Of a stretch of DNA of 64,000 nt, positions 1-8,324 are shown piece by piece. Both the position numbers and the translations under genes were made by a program. The stretch comes from an uncultured Clostridia bacterium. GTDB lineage: Bacteria; Bacillota; Clostridia; UMGS1883. Under the pieces are notes generated by a model that worked only from the letters and a program-made list of their open reading frames with translations, was not told where the DNA came from and searched no databases. Numbering within the stretch: the first letter of the stretch is position 1; each line of letters starts with the position of its first letter. The DNA is taken from the NCBI GenBank assembly GCA_934454525.1, contig CAKSFM010000004.1, positions 101,095 through 165,094 on the forward strand, in the 5' to 3' direction.

Positions 1-45
1 GTTTATCTGATTAATTCTTCTTTCATAGCTTTCAAATAATGCCAT
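1..45 (-). CDS. 5' end of a CDS running off the left edge (MALFESYERRINQIN...); product not assignable from 15 aa
   Basis: ATG at 45..43 with GGAGGAAG 5 nt upstream; frame open to position 1; co-oriented with and immediately downstream of the NifU-like gene. Confidence 0.35.
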   Translation of the reverse strand, partial: MALFESYERRINQIN

Positions 46-62
46 TATTACTTCCTCCCCTC

Positions 63-755
63 TTATTCTTCACGCGGATCGATAACTTTAACCGCATCGT
101 CAAATCTGCCGTACTGACCGGAAGCCTTTGCCATTGCCTCATTTGCGTCCATGCCCTTACGGATAAATTCCATCATTTTTCCGAGATGTACAAACTTATA
201 GCCGATTATGAGATTGTCTTTGTCAAGAGCAATCTTTGTGATATAACCTTCGGCAAGCTCAAGATAACGCGGTCCCTTTGCCTTTGTGCTGTAAAGCGTA
301 CCTACCTGGCTGCGGAGACCCTTTCCGAGATCCTCAAGACCTGCACCGATGGGAAGACCGCCCTCTGAGAAAGCCGTCTGCGTTCTGCCGTATACAATCT
401 GAAGGAAAAGTTCACGCATAGCCGTGTTGATAGCGTCACACACAAGGTCTGTGTTGAGCGCTTCAAGAATTGTTTTTCCCGGAAGAATTTCCGATGCCAT
501 GGCAGCGGAATGAGTCATACCGGAGCAGCCGATTGTTTCAACGAGCGCTTCCTCAATAACACCGTCTTTAACATTCAGCGTCAGCTTACATGCGCCCTGC
601 TGAGGTGCACACCAACCCACACCGTGAGTAAGACCGTTAATATCAGTAATCTGTTTTGAATGTGTCCATGCGCCTTCCTGCGGAATCGGAGCGGGTTCGT
701 GCTTAACGCCCTTCGCAACAACGCACATGCTTTCAACTTCATGCGAATAGTTCAT
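63..755 (-). CDS. NifU/IscU-like Fe-S scaffold-domain protein (230 aa)
   Basis: Cys motifs GWCAPQQGACKL and TIGCSGMTHSAAMASE resemble the NifU N-terminal scaffold fold; assignment from memory only. Confidence 0.6.
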   Translation of the reverse strand: MNYSHEVESMCVVAKGVKHEPAPIPQEGAWTHSKQITDINGLTHGVGWCAPQQGACKLTLNVKDGVIEEALVETIGCSGMTHSAAMASEILPGKTILEALNTDLVCDAINTAMRELFLQIVYGRTQTAFSEGGLPIGAGLEDLGKGLRSQVGTLYSTKAKGPRYLELAEGYITKIALDKDNLIIGYKFVHLGKMMEFIRKGMDANEAMAKASGQYGRFDDAVKVIDPREE

Positions 756-827
756 GTTCTAAACTCCTTTCAATCTTAACTTCGTCTATTTTATCATTAT
801 TTCAATATCTATTCAAGTAAATTTTCG

Positions 828-869
828 CATTTTTCTTATTTATTTTAACATTTTTCTTATTTTTATTTA
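828..869. repeat. Tandem 21-bp direct repeat (catttttcttattt + 7 nt, two copies) between the AraC stop and the NifU-like gene start
   Basis: 828-848 and 849-869 share an identical 14-nt head catttttcttattt and similar T-rich tails. Confidence 0.6.
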
Positions 870-873
870 CAAA

Positions 874-1695
874 TCAGTCCGATTTGAAGTCGGACGGAGA
901 GCAGCCGACAATTCTTTTGAATGACGCGGAAAAATAATTCTGATTGGAGAATCCGAGTATTTCAGCAGTTTCGGACACGGATTTTCCCGACCTTATCAGC
1001 GCAACAGCCTTGTTCATGCGCATCCTGTTATAATATGCCTTAACCCCTCCGCCGCCGTAACGCGCAAATGTTTTTTTCAGATTGACCTCACTCATCCGGC
1101 AGATTTCCGCAAGTTCTGCAATGCCGATATTTTTGTCAAGATTTTCTTCAATCGCACGAATTATTGCACTGTAATTTTTTGCCGTTTGAGAAGCTGCCGT
1201 TTTTATATCGGAGGAATTGCCCGAAAGCACATGCAGAATAAAAAGCTCCAGTTTTTTTGCCGCTGCCAGATAATCAATCGAATCCGTGTTTTTTATTCCA
1301 ACAACGGATATTCCCGACCGTTCAAATGAAGCATTGATTTCACCGAGCGTTGCTTCCGCCTCTGCAAGCAGTTCATCGCTCACACTGAAAAACCGCGACT
1401 GCATTTCCGGCATATTTATGCAGCTGAATGAAAAAATTATTATCTGCGGATGCAGACTGTTATCATTCCATATCCTGTGAAATTCAGACGGACAGTGCAG
1501 CACACACTGCCCGCGTGACAGCCGCATAACGCGGCTGCCTGCCGTTATTCCTATTTCACCGCTGAGAACAATTACTATTTCCCAGAAATCATGAAATTCT
1601 CCGGAAAAGTAGTATCCGGTCTTATAATCGCGCCTGAACGCGGTGTAAAGCTCCGTTATTTCAAAATTGCCGCCTATTTCCGCTTTTCCGTACAT
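874..1695 (-). CDS. AraC-family transcriptional regulator (cupin sensor domain plus C-terminal HTH)
   Basis: C-terminal IAELAEICRMSEVNLKKTF...ETAEILGFSNQNYFSASFKRIVGCSPSDF is a typical AraC double HTH; start moved to ATG 1695 (MYGKAEIGG) because GAGGTG lies 5 nt upstream. Confidence 0.85.
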   Translation of the reverse strand: MYGKAEIGGNFEITELYTAFRRDYKTGYYFSGEFHDFWEIVIVLSGEIGITAGSRVMRLSRGQCVLHCPSEFHRIWNDNSLHPQIIIFSFSCINMPEMQSRFFSVSDELLAEAEATLGEINASFERSGISVVGIKNTDSIDYLAAAKKLELFILHVLSGNSSDIKTAASQTAKNYSAIIRAIEENLDKNIGIAELAEICRMSEVNLKKTFARYGGGGVKAYYNRMRMNKAVALIRSGKSVSETAEILGFSNQNYFSASFKRIVGCSPSDFKSD

Positions 1696-1831
1696 TGCGC
1701 ACCTCGTTTGTATACAAAACAACACATTATGTATCTTTTTTTGTATATTAATTCTTTTTTGGATATGATAGAATTGTATCAGAACAAGGGAGCTTTGTCA
1801 ATAAGACAAAACCGAAAAGGGAGGTAAAAAA

Positions 1832-3436
1832 ATGCGCGTTATTTTGTGCGATACTTACGAGGAGGTTTCGGCAGCCGCTGAAAGGCTTGTCGAAAGTCAG
1901 ATAGTTTTAAAACCGGATTGTGTGCTCGGACTTGCAACCGGTTCAACGCCCGTTGGAATGTATAAAAAACTGGCGGAAAAATATGAGAGCGGAATGCTTG
2001 ATTTCAGCGGTGTTGTGACGTTTAATCTTGACGAATATTATCCGCTGAGCAAAAGCAACAATCAAAGCTATCACTATTTCATGCATGAAAACCTGTTTTC
2101 ACATATAAATGTAAAACCCGAAAATATACATATTCCCAACGGCGAAGCAACGGACTGTGACAAAGAGTGCGATGAATATGAAAAAATGATTGACGAAGCC
2201 GGCGGAATCGATTTGCAGATTCTCGGAATCGGTCAGAACGGTCATATCGGATTTAACGAACCCGATGCCAAGCTCAACACCAAAACGCATGTTACAGATC
2301 TTACAGAGAGCACCATTCTTGCAAACTCGCGCTTTTTCGACTCGGTTGACGAAGTTCCGCGCAAAGCGATTACGATGGGAATTGCAACAATTCTTAAATC
2401 AAAGAAAATTGTGCTGCTCGCAACAGGGGCGAACAAGCACAGCGTTGTTGCGTCACTCCTGCAGGGTGATATTAACACAGATATTCCGGCAAGCATGCTT
2501 AATGTTCATCCGGATGTGACGCTTATATGCGACAAAGACGCATACTACAGCCGCAGAATCGGAATTGACATCGGCGGAACGGAAATAAAGTTCGGTGTGC
2601 TTGATGACGATAACAGGCTGATATATAAATCGGAAATTCCAACAAACACTGAAAGCACCGAAGCTCTTACCGATGGAATTGCTGCGGAATGTCACAATAT
2701 AATGAAAGAATATTCAATAACCGGCATCGGAGTCGGCACGGCGGGGTTGTTTCACGGAGAGCTTGTCACAGCGGTGAATCTGCCGTTTAAGAATACCAAC
2801 CTCACCAAGCTTCTGACGGACAAAATCGGACTTCCCGTCCGCGTTTCGAACGACGCCAACTGTGCGGCGCTCGGTGAAACTCTGTGCGGCGTCGGCAAAA
2901 ATGCGGACAATATTGTTATGGTCACGCTCGGCACGGGAATCGGCGGCGGAATCATTGTTGACAACAGAATTTATCAGGGATGCGGCAGCGCCGGAGAAAT
3001 CGGACATATGTCAATTGAACTGAACGGACGTTCCTGCGGATGCGGAAAGAGCGGATGCTGGGAAAAATATGCTTCGGCTCAGGCGCTTGTCGAATCGGCA
3101 GAAAAAGCGGCTGATGAAAGTCCCGAAAGCATACTTGCAAAGCTCAAATCCGAAAACGGCGGAAAACTCAGCGGCAGACTGATTGCGGCGGCACTTAAAG
3201 ACGGCTGCGCCGAAGCAGAGCGCGTTATTGACGCATATGCAGCATATCTTGCAGACGGGATTGACAGTCTTTCCGCAATATTTGACCCGGACATGTTTAT
3301 TTTGTCGGGAGGAATCACAAATATGGGCGCACTGCTTCTTGACCCGGTTAAAAAGCATCTTAAAACCGAAATCCCCGTTGAAATATCGGTTCTTAAAAAT
3401 GACGCCGGAATAATCGGCGCGGCAATGCTTCAATAA
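1832..3436 (+). CDS. nagB: Fusion protein: glucosamine-6-phosphate deaminase (NagB, about aa 1-245) plus ROK-family sugar kinase (about aa 250-534)
   Basis: N-terminus LGLATGSTPVGMY, FNLDEYY, LGIGQNGHIGFNEPD (NagB); C-terminus IGIDIGGTEIKFG, VTLGTGIGGGII, GEIGHM, CGCGKSGCWEKYAS (ROK Zn motif); single uninterrupted ORF; GGGAGG RBS. Confidence 0.85.
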   Translation: MRVILCDTYEEVSAAAERLVESQIVLKPDCVLGLATGSTPVGMYKKLAEKYESGMLDFSGVVTFNLDEYYPLSKSNNQSYHYFMHENLFSHINVKPENIHIPNGEATDCDKECDEYEKMIDEAGGIDLQILGIGQNGHIGFNEPDAKLNTKTHVTDLTESTILANSRFFDSVDEVPRKAITMGIATILKSKKIVLLATGANKHSVVASLLQGDINTDIPASMLNVHPDVTLICDKDAYYSRRIGIDIGGTEIKFGVLDDDNRLIYKSEIPTNTESTEALTDGIAAECHNIMKEYSITGIGVGTAGLFHGELVTAVNLPFKNTNLTKLLTDKIGLPVRVSNDANCAALGETLCGVGKNADNIVMVTLGTGIGGGIIVDNRIYQGCGSAGEIGHMSIELNGRSCGCGKSGCWEKYASAQALVESAEKAADESPESILAKLKSENGGKLSGRLIAAALKDGCAEAERVIDAYAAYLADGIDSLSAIFDPDMFILSGGITNMGALLLDPVKKHLKTEIPVEISVLKNDAGIIGAAMLQ

Positions 3437-3458
3437 AATTTTTATCATTGAGGAGAAA

Positions 3459-4313
3459 ATGATTATGAAAAAGAATACGGCTCTTGTTGTTATGGCTGCC
3501 GGCATGGGCAGCCGCTACGGCGGTTTGAAACAGATTGACACAATCGGTCCGAACGGAGAAATCTTGCTTGATTACTCTGTTTACGACGCTGTTAAGGCAG
3601 GCTTTGACAAAACAGTTTTTATTATACGCCGTGATATTGAAAAGGACTTTCGTGAAATAACAAAGCGCAGAATTGAAAAAATGACTGACGTTGAGTACGT
3701 TTTTCAGGACATGGATAAGCTGCCGGACGGATTCACCGTTCCCGAGGGCAGAACAAAGCCTTGGGGTACAGGTCACGCAGTTTACTGCGCAGCGGAAAAG
3801 GTTGACACTCCGTTTGCGCTCATCAACGCCGATGATTATTACGGGCAGAAAGCATTTTCACTTATTCATTCAAATCTGGAAGCTGAGGATGAAACCTGCA
3901 TGGTCGGCTTCCGCCTTGGGAATACACTGACGGAAAACGGAACTGTTTCCAGAGGGATATGCACTGTTGAAGACGGATTTCTCCGCGATATAACCGAAAA
4001 CACGGCGCTTGACAAGAACAGCGGAGTTCCGCTTGATACAATTGTTTCAATGAATATGTGGGGATTCATGCCCGACATATTCGGCTGCATTGAAAAGGAT
4101 TTTAAAGAATTTCTGAAAAACCTTTCTAACCCCATGAAAGAAGAATTTTACATTCCGACCGTTGTTGACAACATGATAAAAACGCGCGGGGAAAAGGTGC
4201 GCGTTCTCAGCACGGACGATAAGTGGTACGGAGTGACATACCACGAGGATAAAGAAAGCGTTGCGGCAGCACTGCTCAAATATACAGAGCTTGGAATGTA
4301 CAAAGGACTGTAA
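3459..4313 (+). CDS. Sugar-phosphate nucleotidyltransferase-fold protein
   Basis: N-terminal VVMAAGMGSRYGGLKQ glycine-rich NTP-transferase signature; INADDYY; follows the NagB-ROK gene by 22 nt. Confidence 0.65.
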   Translation: MIMKKNTALVVMAAGMGSRYGGLKQIDTIGPNGEILLDYSVYDAVKAGFDKTVFIIRRDIEKDFREITKRRIEKMTDVEYVFQDMDKLPDGFTVPEGRTKPWGTGHAVYCAAEKVDTPFALINADDYYGQKAFSLIHSNLEAEDETCMVGFRLGNTLTENGTVSRGICTVEDGFLRDITENTALDKNSGVPLDTIVSMNMWGFMPDIFGCIEKDFKEFLKNLSNPMKEEFYIPTVVDNMIKTRGEKVRVLSTDDKWYGVTYHEDKESVAAALLKYTELGMYKGL

Positions 4314-4327
4314 CTATTATGGCAAAC

Positions 4328-4374
4328 AAAAATCCGGAACTTCACATTTATGCGAGTTCCGGATTTTTATTTGT
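4328..4374 (+). terminator. Rho-independent terminator after the nucleotidyltransferase gene
   Basis: aaaaatccggaact / agttccggattttt stem with a 13-nt loop and a T-run; A-run on the other side makes it potentially bidirectional. Confidence 0.6.
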
Positions 4375-4475
4375 ATCATGCGGATATTTTTACGCCGCGG
4401 AAACAAATGCATGATTCCATAGCTGCAAAATCCCTGCCTTGCACAATAACAAGACAGGGATTTTGCAGTTTGATT

Positions 4476-4748
4476 TTATCGTTTAATGAGCGAATGCAGC
4501 GAAAAGTCATTTTCGGAATATGCCTGAACATATACCGCCGACTGATTCGCCGATGGTGCTTTTTTTACGGTGCACATTTGTGCACGGGCGCTGTCATTAA
4601 CGATTTTCAGCATTTCAGCCTGAGTATAGGTTATGTCCTCTGTGCAGCTCACGGTCGGCAGCTGCGCCAGAACGGATTGTGCAAACGCATTTCCGCACCA
4701 TAGCACAGACAGTGCTGCCGCAAGTGCTAAAGCTGCTGTTTTTTTCAT
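4476..4748 (-). CDS. Small secreted protein of unknown function (90 aa)
   Basis: Signal peptide MKKTAALALAAALSVLWCGNAFA; GGAGG RBS 5 nt upstream; 12 nt downstream of the 474-aa gene. Confidence 0.6.
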   Translation of the reverse strand: MKKTAALALAAALSVLWCGNAFAQSVLAQLPTVSCTEDITYTQAEMLKIVNDSARAQMCTVKKAPSANQSAVYVQAYSENDFSLHSLIKR

Positions 4749-4760
4749 AATAACCTCCGA

Positions 4761-6185
4761 TTACGGCTGTTTCGGAATTGTAACATCGATGTGGTACGAC
4801 GCTGTGTCGTAGCCGTCAATGTCACCGCCGAGATTTCCGGCATACTTGTCAAATTCTTTAAGGAGAGCCTTGTTGCCCCTATCATCCTTAACCCAATACT
4901 GAATCTTAGTATCGGTTGTTACGAAGTATGTCTTTCCGTATACGCCGGTCGGAATTCTGTAAACCTTGTTGCCATCTTTATCGATTGCTTCAACGCCGTC
5001 AATGTATTTCTTCTCAACAACCTCGTAAACGCCCGGTTCTCCGGCTTTTTCACAGAAGTACTCAAATCTCCACTCAACATTGGGCGAGGCAATACCCTGA
5101 GTATAGCGATAAATTCTGTCTTTTCCGTTTGTTCCGTCAAGCGTAACTCCGTTTACGATCAGGAACTGGTACTGATTGTACGGCTCTGCCGATTCATAGT
5201 AGGGCTTGCTCCATGCAATGTTTGCATTATAAACAATATCAAACGACTTGTCGTAATCCCACTCCCATGTGTCACCGTTTTTCAGATATTCTGCAGCAAC
5301 ATTCTTTGTTTCTCTGCCGTAACCTGAATTATTAAGCTGTGCGGTAATATATTCGCTTCTTACAACGGGAATACTCTTTGCGATATCTTCATCGCTTACA
5401 AGATAGCGGTTGTTGTCATCAGTTGCGCTGAGTCTTGCAACAGAGAGAAGCGGGAGATTGTAAAGTCTGCCGCTTTCAATTGCACTTGAAAGCTCGCTGT
5501 CGGAAAGTTTTTTCGCAGCAAATGCCTCATCGCCTGCTTTCGGCTTTACAAGATTATTCCATGTGCCGATAGCTCCGCCGACATAGAATTTTCCGTACAT
5601 TTCCTGCTCCTTAAGCGAAAGAACTTCGCCGCTGTTATTATAGTAACCGAAGCCGTAGTTAAGCTTGTTATATGAAACATTAACAGCCGTCTTTACGGTT
5701 TTGGTCTTAAGATTTGAATCCGGGATATTGAACTTTGCATTACCGCGGTAATCCTCACAGCCGAAATCCCACTGCCATGTTTTGTTATTAATCTTCGTCT
5801 GCTGTCTTTCCCAGATGTAGTGCGGGCGCTTTACTTCCCATTCGTAGTCACTGCGGCGCGTATCCCACTGAGGGAAAAGATTGTTGTATGCAACAATACC
5901 GCTCTGCTTGTTGCCCTCAAGGTACATAACGCTGTAACCGGCATGAGGATATGCGGTTTCATAACCCTCAAATCTCCATTCCGGAACAACAGGAACAAGA
6001 ACCTGCTTGTTTGTGTACTTTCCGTCTATCACCTCGTTGTAAATCTTGTTAGGTGAATAGGGTTTAATTGTGTCGTAGCCTGCGAAAACCATGTTGTCCA
6101 TTTCCGATGTGGCAGACGCAAGCGAGGCTGACAGCATAACCGCCGCAACGGCACCCATCGCCGCTCTCTTAAAAATTTTTGCCAT
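4761..6185 (-). CDS. Secreted Trp/Tyr-rich protein of unknown function (474 aa)
   Basis: Signal peptide MAKIFKRAAMGAVAAVMLSASLASA; AAGGAGG RBS; recurring EW(R/E)FE-like strands (PEWRFEGYE, VEWRFEYF, YEWEV, TWEWDY); no family recognised. Confidence 0.7.
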   Translation of the reverse strand: MAKIFKRAAMGAVAAVMLSASLASATSEMDNMVFAGYDTIKPYSPNKIYNEVIDGKYTNKQVLVPVVPEWRFEGYETAYPHAGYSVMYLEGNKQSGIVAYNNLFPQWDTRRSDYEWEVKRPHYIWERQQTKINNKTWQWDFGCEDYRGNAKFNIPDSNLKTKTVKTAVNVSYNKLNYGFGYYNNSGEVLSLKEQEMYGKFYVGGAIGTWNNLVKPKAGDEAFAAKKLSDSELSSAIESGRLYNLPLLSVARLSATDDNNRYLVSDEDIAKSIPVVRSEYITAQLNNSGYGRETKNVAAEYLKNGDTWEWDYDKSFDIVYNANIAWSKPYYESAEPYNQYQFLIVNGVTLDGTNGKDRIYRYTQGIASPNVEWRFEYFCEKAGEPGVYEVVEKKYIDGVEAIDKDGNKVYRIPTGVYGKTYFVTTDTKIQYWVKDDRGNKALLKEFDKYAGNLGGDIDGYDTASYHIDVTIPKQP

Positions 6186-6506
6186 GCTTACAATTCCTCC
6201 TTAAGAATAAATATATACATTTACCGCCCTTATGCCGCTTTACGGTAAACGCACCAAAGCGCCGCAAAACGCGCCTCATCATTTTGCGAGCTTACTATTT
6301 ACCGATGCTGCCGGAGCAGAATGTAATCTGAATTAGATAAAAAATACCATAATATCAATAAACTTGATATATTTAGAGTTTACTACATATTCTTCGGTTT
6401 GTCAAGTATAAATATCATTTTTATTGATATTAATATTCTTGTTGTATTAATTAAGTTGTTATAAAATAGATATAGGAAATCATTTTTTTCAGAAAGTGAA
6501 ACAATT

Positions 6507-7064
6507 ATGAATATGATTCAACATCTTCGCAAAAGAGCCGGAATGAAGCAAACAGAGCTTTGCAGAGAGCTTAATATTGTGCAGGGAACCCTTTCCGGCT
6601 GGGAAAACGGGAAATTTGAGCCTGATATTTCTTCCCTGATAAAAATGTCGGAATTTTTCAATGTCAGCATTGACTATATTCTGACAGGGCGCAACATTGC
6701 CTGCGCAGCAGATGAAAGCGATATTCCGCTTTATATTCTGCGCAACGGACAACCTCCCGAAAAATCAAGCTCTGTGATAAAATATTCATACAAAGATTCT
6801 GGGGAAATGCTTTTCGGAGCTGTTTTTTCCGGTTCCGGTTCCGATTTTGCATCGCCGGAGGATCTTTATATTATGAAAAAGCACTCCCCTGCCAACACCG
6901 ATTTGCCGGTTATTGTGCAGCTTAACGAAAGCTATACAACAGGGAATATATTTCCGCTTGACGGAAAAATTCTTTTTGTGCCGAATATTGACCGAAAACC
7001 TCAGATTATAGACAGCAGCTCCGTTGTCGGAGATATAATTGAACTGCGCAGGCGTTACGGCTGA
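6507..7064 (+). CDS. XRE-family HTH regulator with a C-terminal domain of about 110 aa (CI/LexA-like architecture)
   Basis: N-terminus RKRAGMKQTELCRELNIVQGTLSGWENGKFEPDISSLIKMSEFFNVSIDYIL is a classic XRE HTH; the C-terminal end GDIIELRRRY resembles the S24 fold, but no Ser-Lys dyad is evident. Confidence 0.75.
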   Translation: MNMIQHLRKRAGMKQTELCRELNIVQGTLSGWENGKFEPDISSLIKMSEFFNVSIDYILTGRNIACAADESDIPLYILRNGQPPEKSSSVIKYSYKDSGEMLFGAVFSGSGSDFASPEDLYIMKKHSPANTDLPVIVQLNESYTTGNIFPLDGKILFVPNIDRKPQIIDSSSVVGDIIELRRRYG

Positions 7065-7116
7065 TATATCGCCGCTCAGCAAGTCATGAGGGATTGCCCC
7101 ATCCTGACCTGTTTAA

Positions 7117-7512
7117 TTAAAACTCCACCGTTTCCTCCGGTTTTGTAAATGACGAAAATACTGCTTTTGCATTCTTGAAATAGAACACCTGCGTGTTTCC
7201 GTCATCGGGACTATAAAGAGCTTTAAGTTCCGGATATGCTTCAAGCATTGAAACTCTTGCCTCTCTGCGGTCGTCCTCAATAAGCTCGCCCGACACTCTG
7301 ATCCAATCTTCACCGTTCATTGCACAGATTTCAACATTAGGATTTTTCTTTATCTGCTCCGACACAGCTTTTTTCTTACCAGTCTGAATATAGAGCTTGC
7401 CTTCAAAAATATGAGCTGTTCCGAAAGGGCGAACTTTCGGTTTGTCTCCGTCAACCGTTGCCAAATAATATGTTTTTGCTTCTTTCAGAAAATTACATAC
7501 TCTTTCCATCAT
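7117..7512 (-). CDS. Pyridoxamine 5'-phosphate oxidase-family (FMN-binding split-barrel) protein
   Basis: YYLATVDGDKPKVRPFG...GKLYIQTGKKK...NPNVEICA pattern typical of PNPOx-like proteins. Confidence 0.7.
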   Translation of the reverse strand: MMERVCNFLKEAKTYYLATVDGDKPKVRPFGTAHIFEGKLYIQTGKKKAVSEQIKKNPNVEICAMNGEDWIRVSGELIEDDRREARVSMLEAYPELKALYSPDDGNTQVFYFKNAKAVFSSFTKPEETVEF

Positions 7513-7531
7513 CTTTGCCTCCTTATTCTTG

Positions 7532-7885
7532 TTAGTTTATTTGTTTTTTCATAGCTTTTGGTTTTGTTAAATCAAAGCTATCATCAATCATATTTTTAAT
7601 ATCATCATCAGGCACCGTTCCGTCAAGTATAATCGAATTCCAATGATACTTGTTCATATGATATGCCGGGACAACTGATTTATAAGAACTTCTCCACATA
7701 TATGTAAGGTTCGGATCGCATTTAACATTGATCCAAATGCAACCCATATGCTCATAAATTGCAGCAAACATCTTTTTATTGTCCTTGTGACGCATTACAG
7801 TCCAGTTAAAATCGTGAAACGGATAATCCTCATAAGTATTTTTTAATGACAAGCAATAATCTATCGCTTCTTTTCTTGTTTTCAT
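7532..7885 (-). CDS. MmcQ/YjbR-family protein
   Basis: YCLSLKNTYEDYPF...WTVMRH..NKKMFA....INVKCDP......YHMNKYHWNSIILDG matches the MmcQ/YjbR pattern. Confidence 0.7.
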   Translation of the reverse strand: MKTRKEAIDYCLSLKNTYEDYPFHDFNWTVMRHKDNKKMFAAIYEHMGCIWINVKCDPNLTYMWRSSYKSVVPAYHMNKYHWNSIILDGTVPDDDIKNMIDDSFDLTKPKAMKKQIN

Positions 7886-7945
7886 AATATCACCGCTTAT
7901 ATTTCTTCTGTTCTATCGAACACGCTGCCGCTTATGGAATATATA

Positions 7946-8324
7946 TCATCTATACTCATTATTTCCGAGAAGAACGCCGGCGCGCGCCAGAAACAGATTT
8001 GTCATAAAAAGAGTGTCTGCCCAAAGCTGACCTTCATTTTCAATGCCCGTTGTAATATGCTGCAATCCGCCGTCCTCAGTGCGCGGCATTTCGTTATATA
8101 CCCATGAGGTCCTCAGCTATCCTGCTTCTGTACCAATTAATAAGAAAACCGATATACTCTGACTTTCCGAGCGTTTTATGATACTGGTATAAGCCATACA
8201 AACCAATGCCCTGCGCCCATTCCCATTTTTCTATATCGATAATGCTTATCGGGCATTCCTCTTTTACCTGCGTTTTATTAATCTGTATCATTTTGTCGGC
8301 TGTCTTTTTCAAAAGCTCTTTCAT
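7946..8324 (-). pseudogene. Remnant of a GH105/GH88-type unsaturated rhamnogalacturonyl/glucuronyl hydrolase (two fragments in different frames, C-terminal half missing)
   Basis: The 76-aa ORF 8094..8324 (EKWEWAQGIGLYGLYQYHKTLG) stops. A second frame from about 8098 reads YNEMPRTEDGGLQHITTGIENEGQLWADTLFMTNLFLARAGVLLGNNEYR, then TGA at 7948..7946. Confidence 0.7.

Noticed and set aside
4421-4468. Second hairpin (ctgcaaaatccctg...cagggattttgcag) downstream of the 90-aa secreted-protein gene
   Set aside because: The stem is strong, but the U-run is on the plus strand, where no gene needs it because the plus-strand operon already terminates at 4328-4374. On the minus strand no U-tract follows. 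Its function is undetermined, so it was not annotated.
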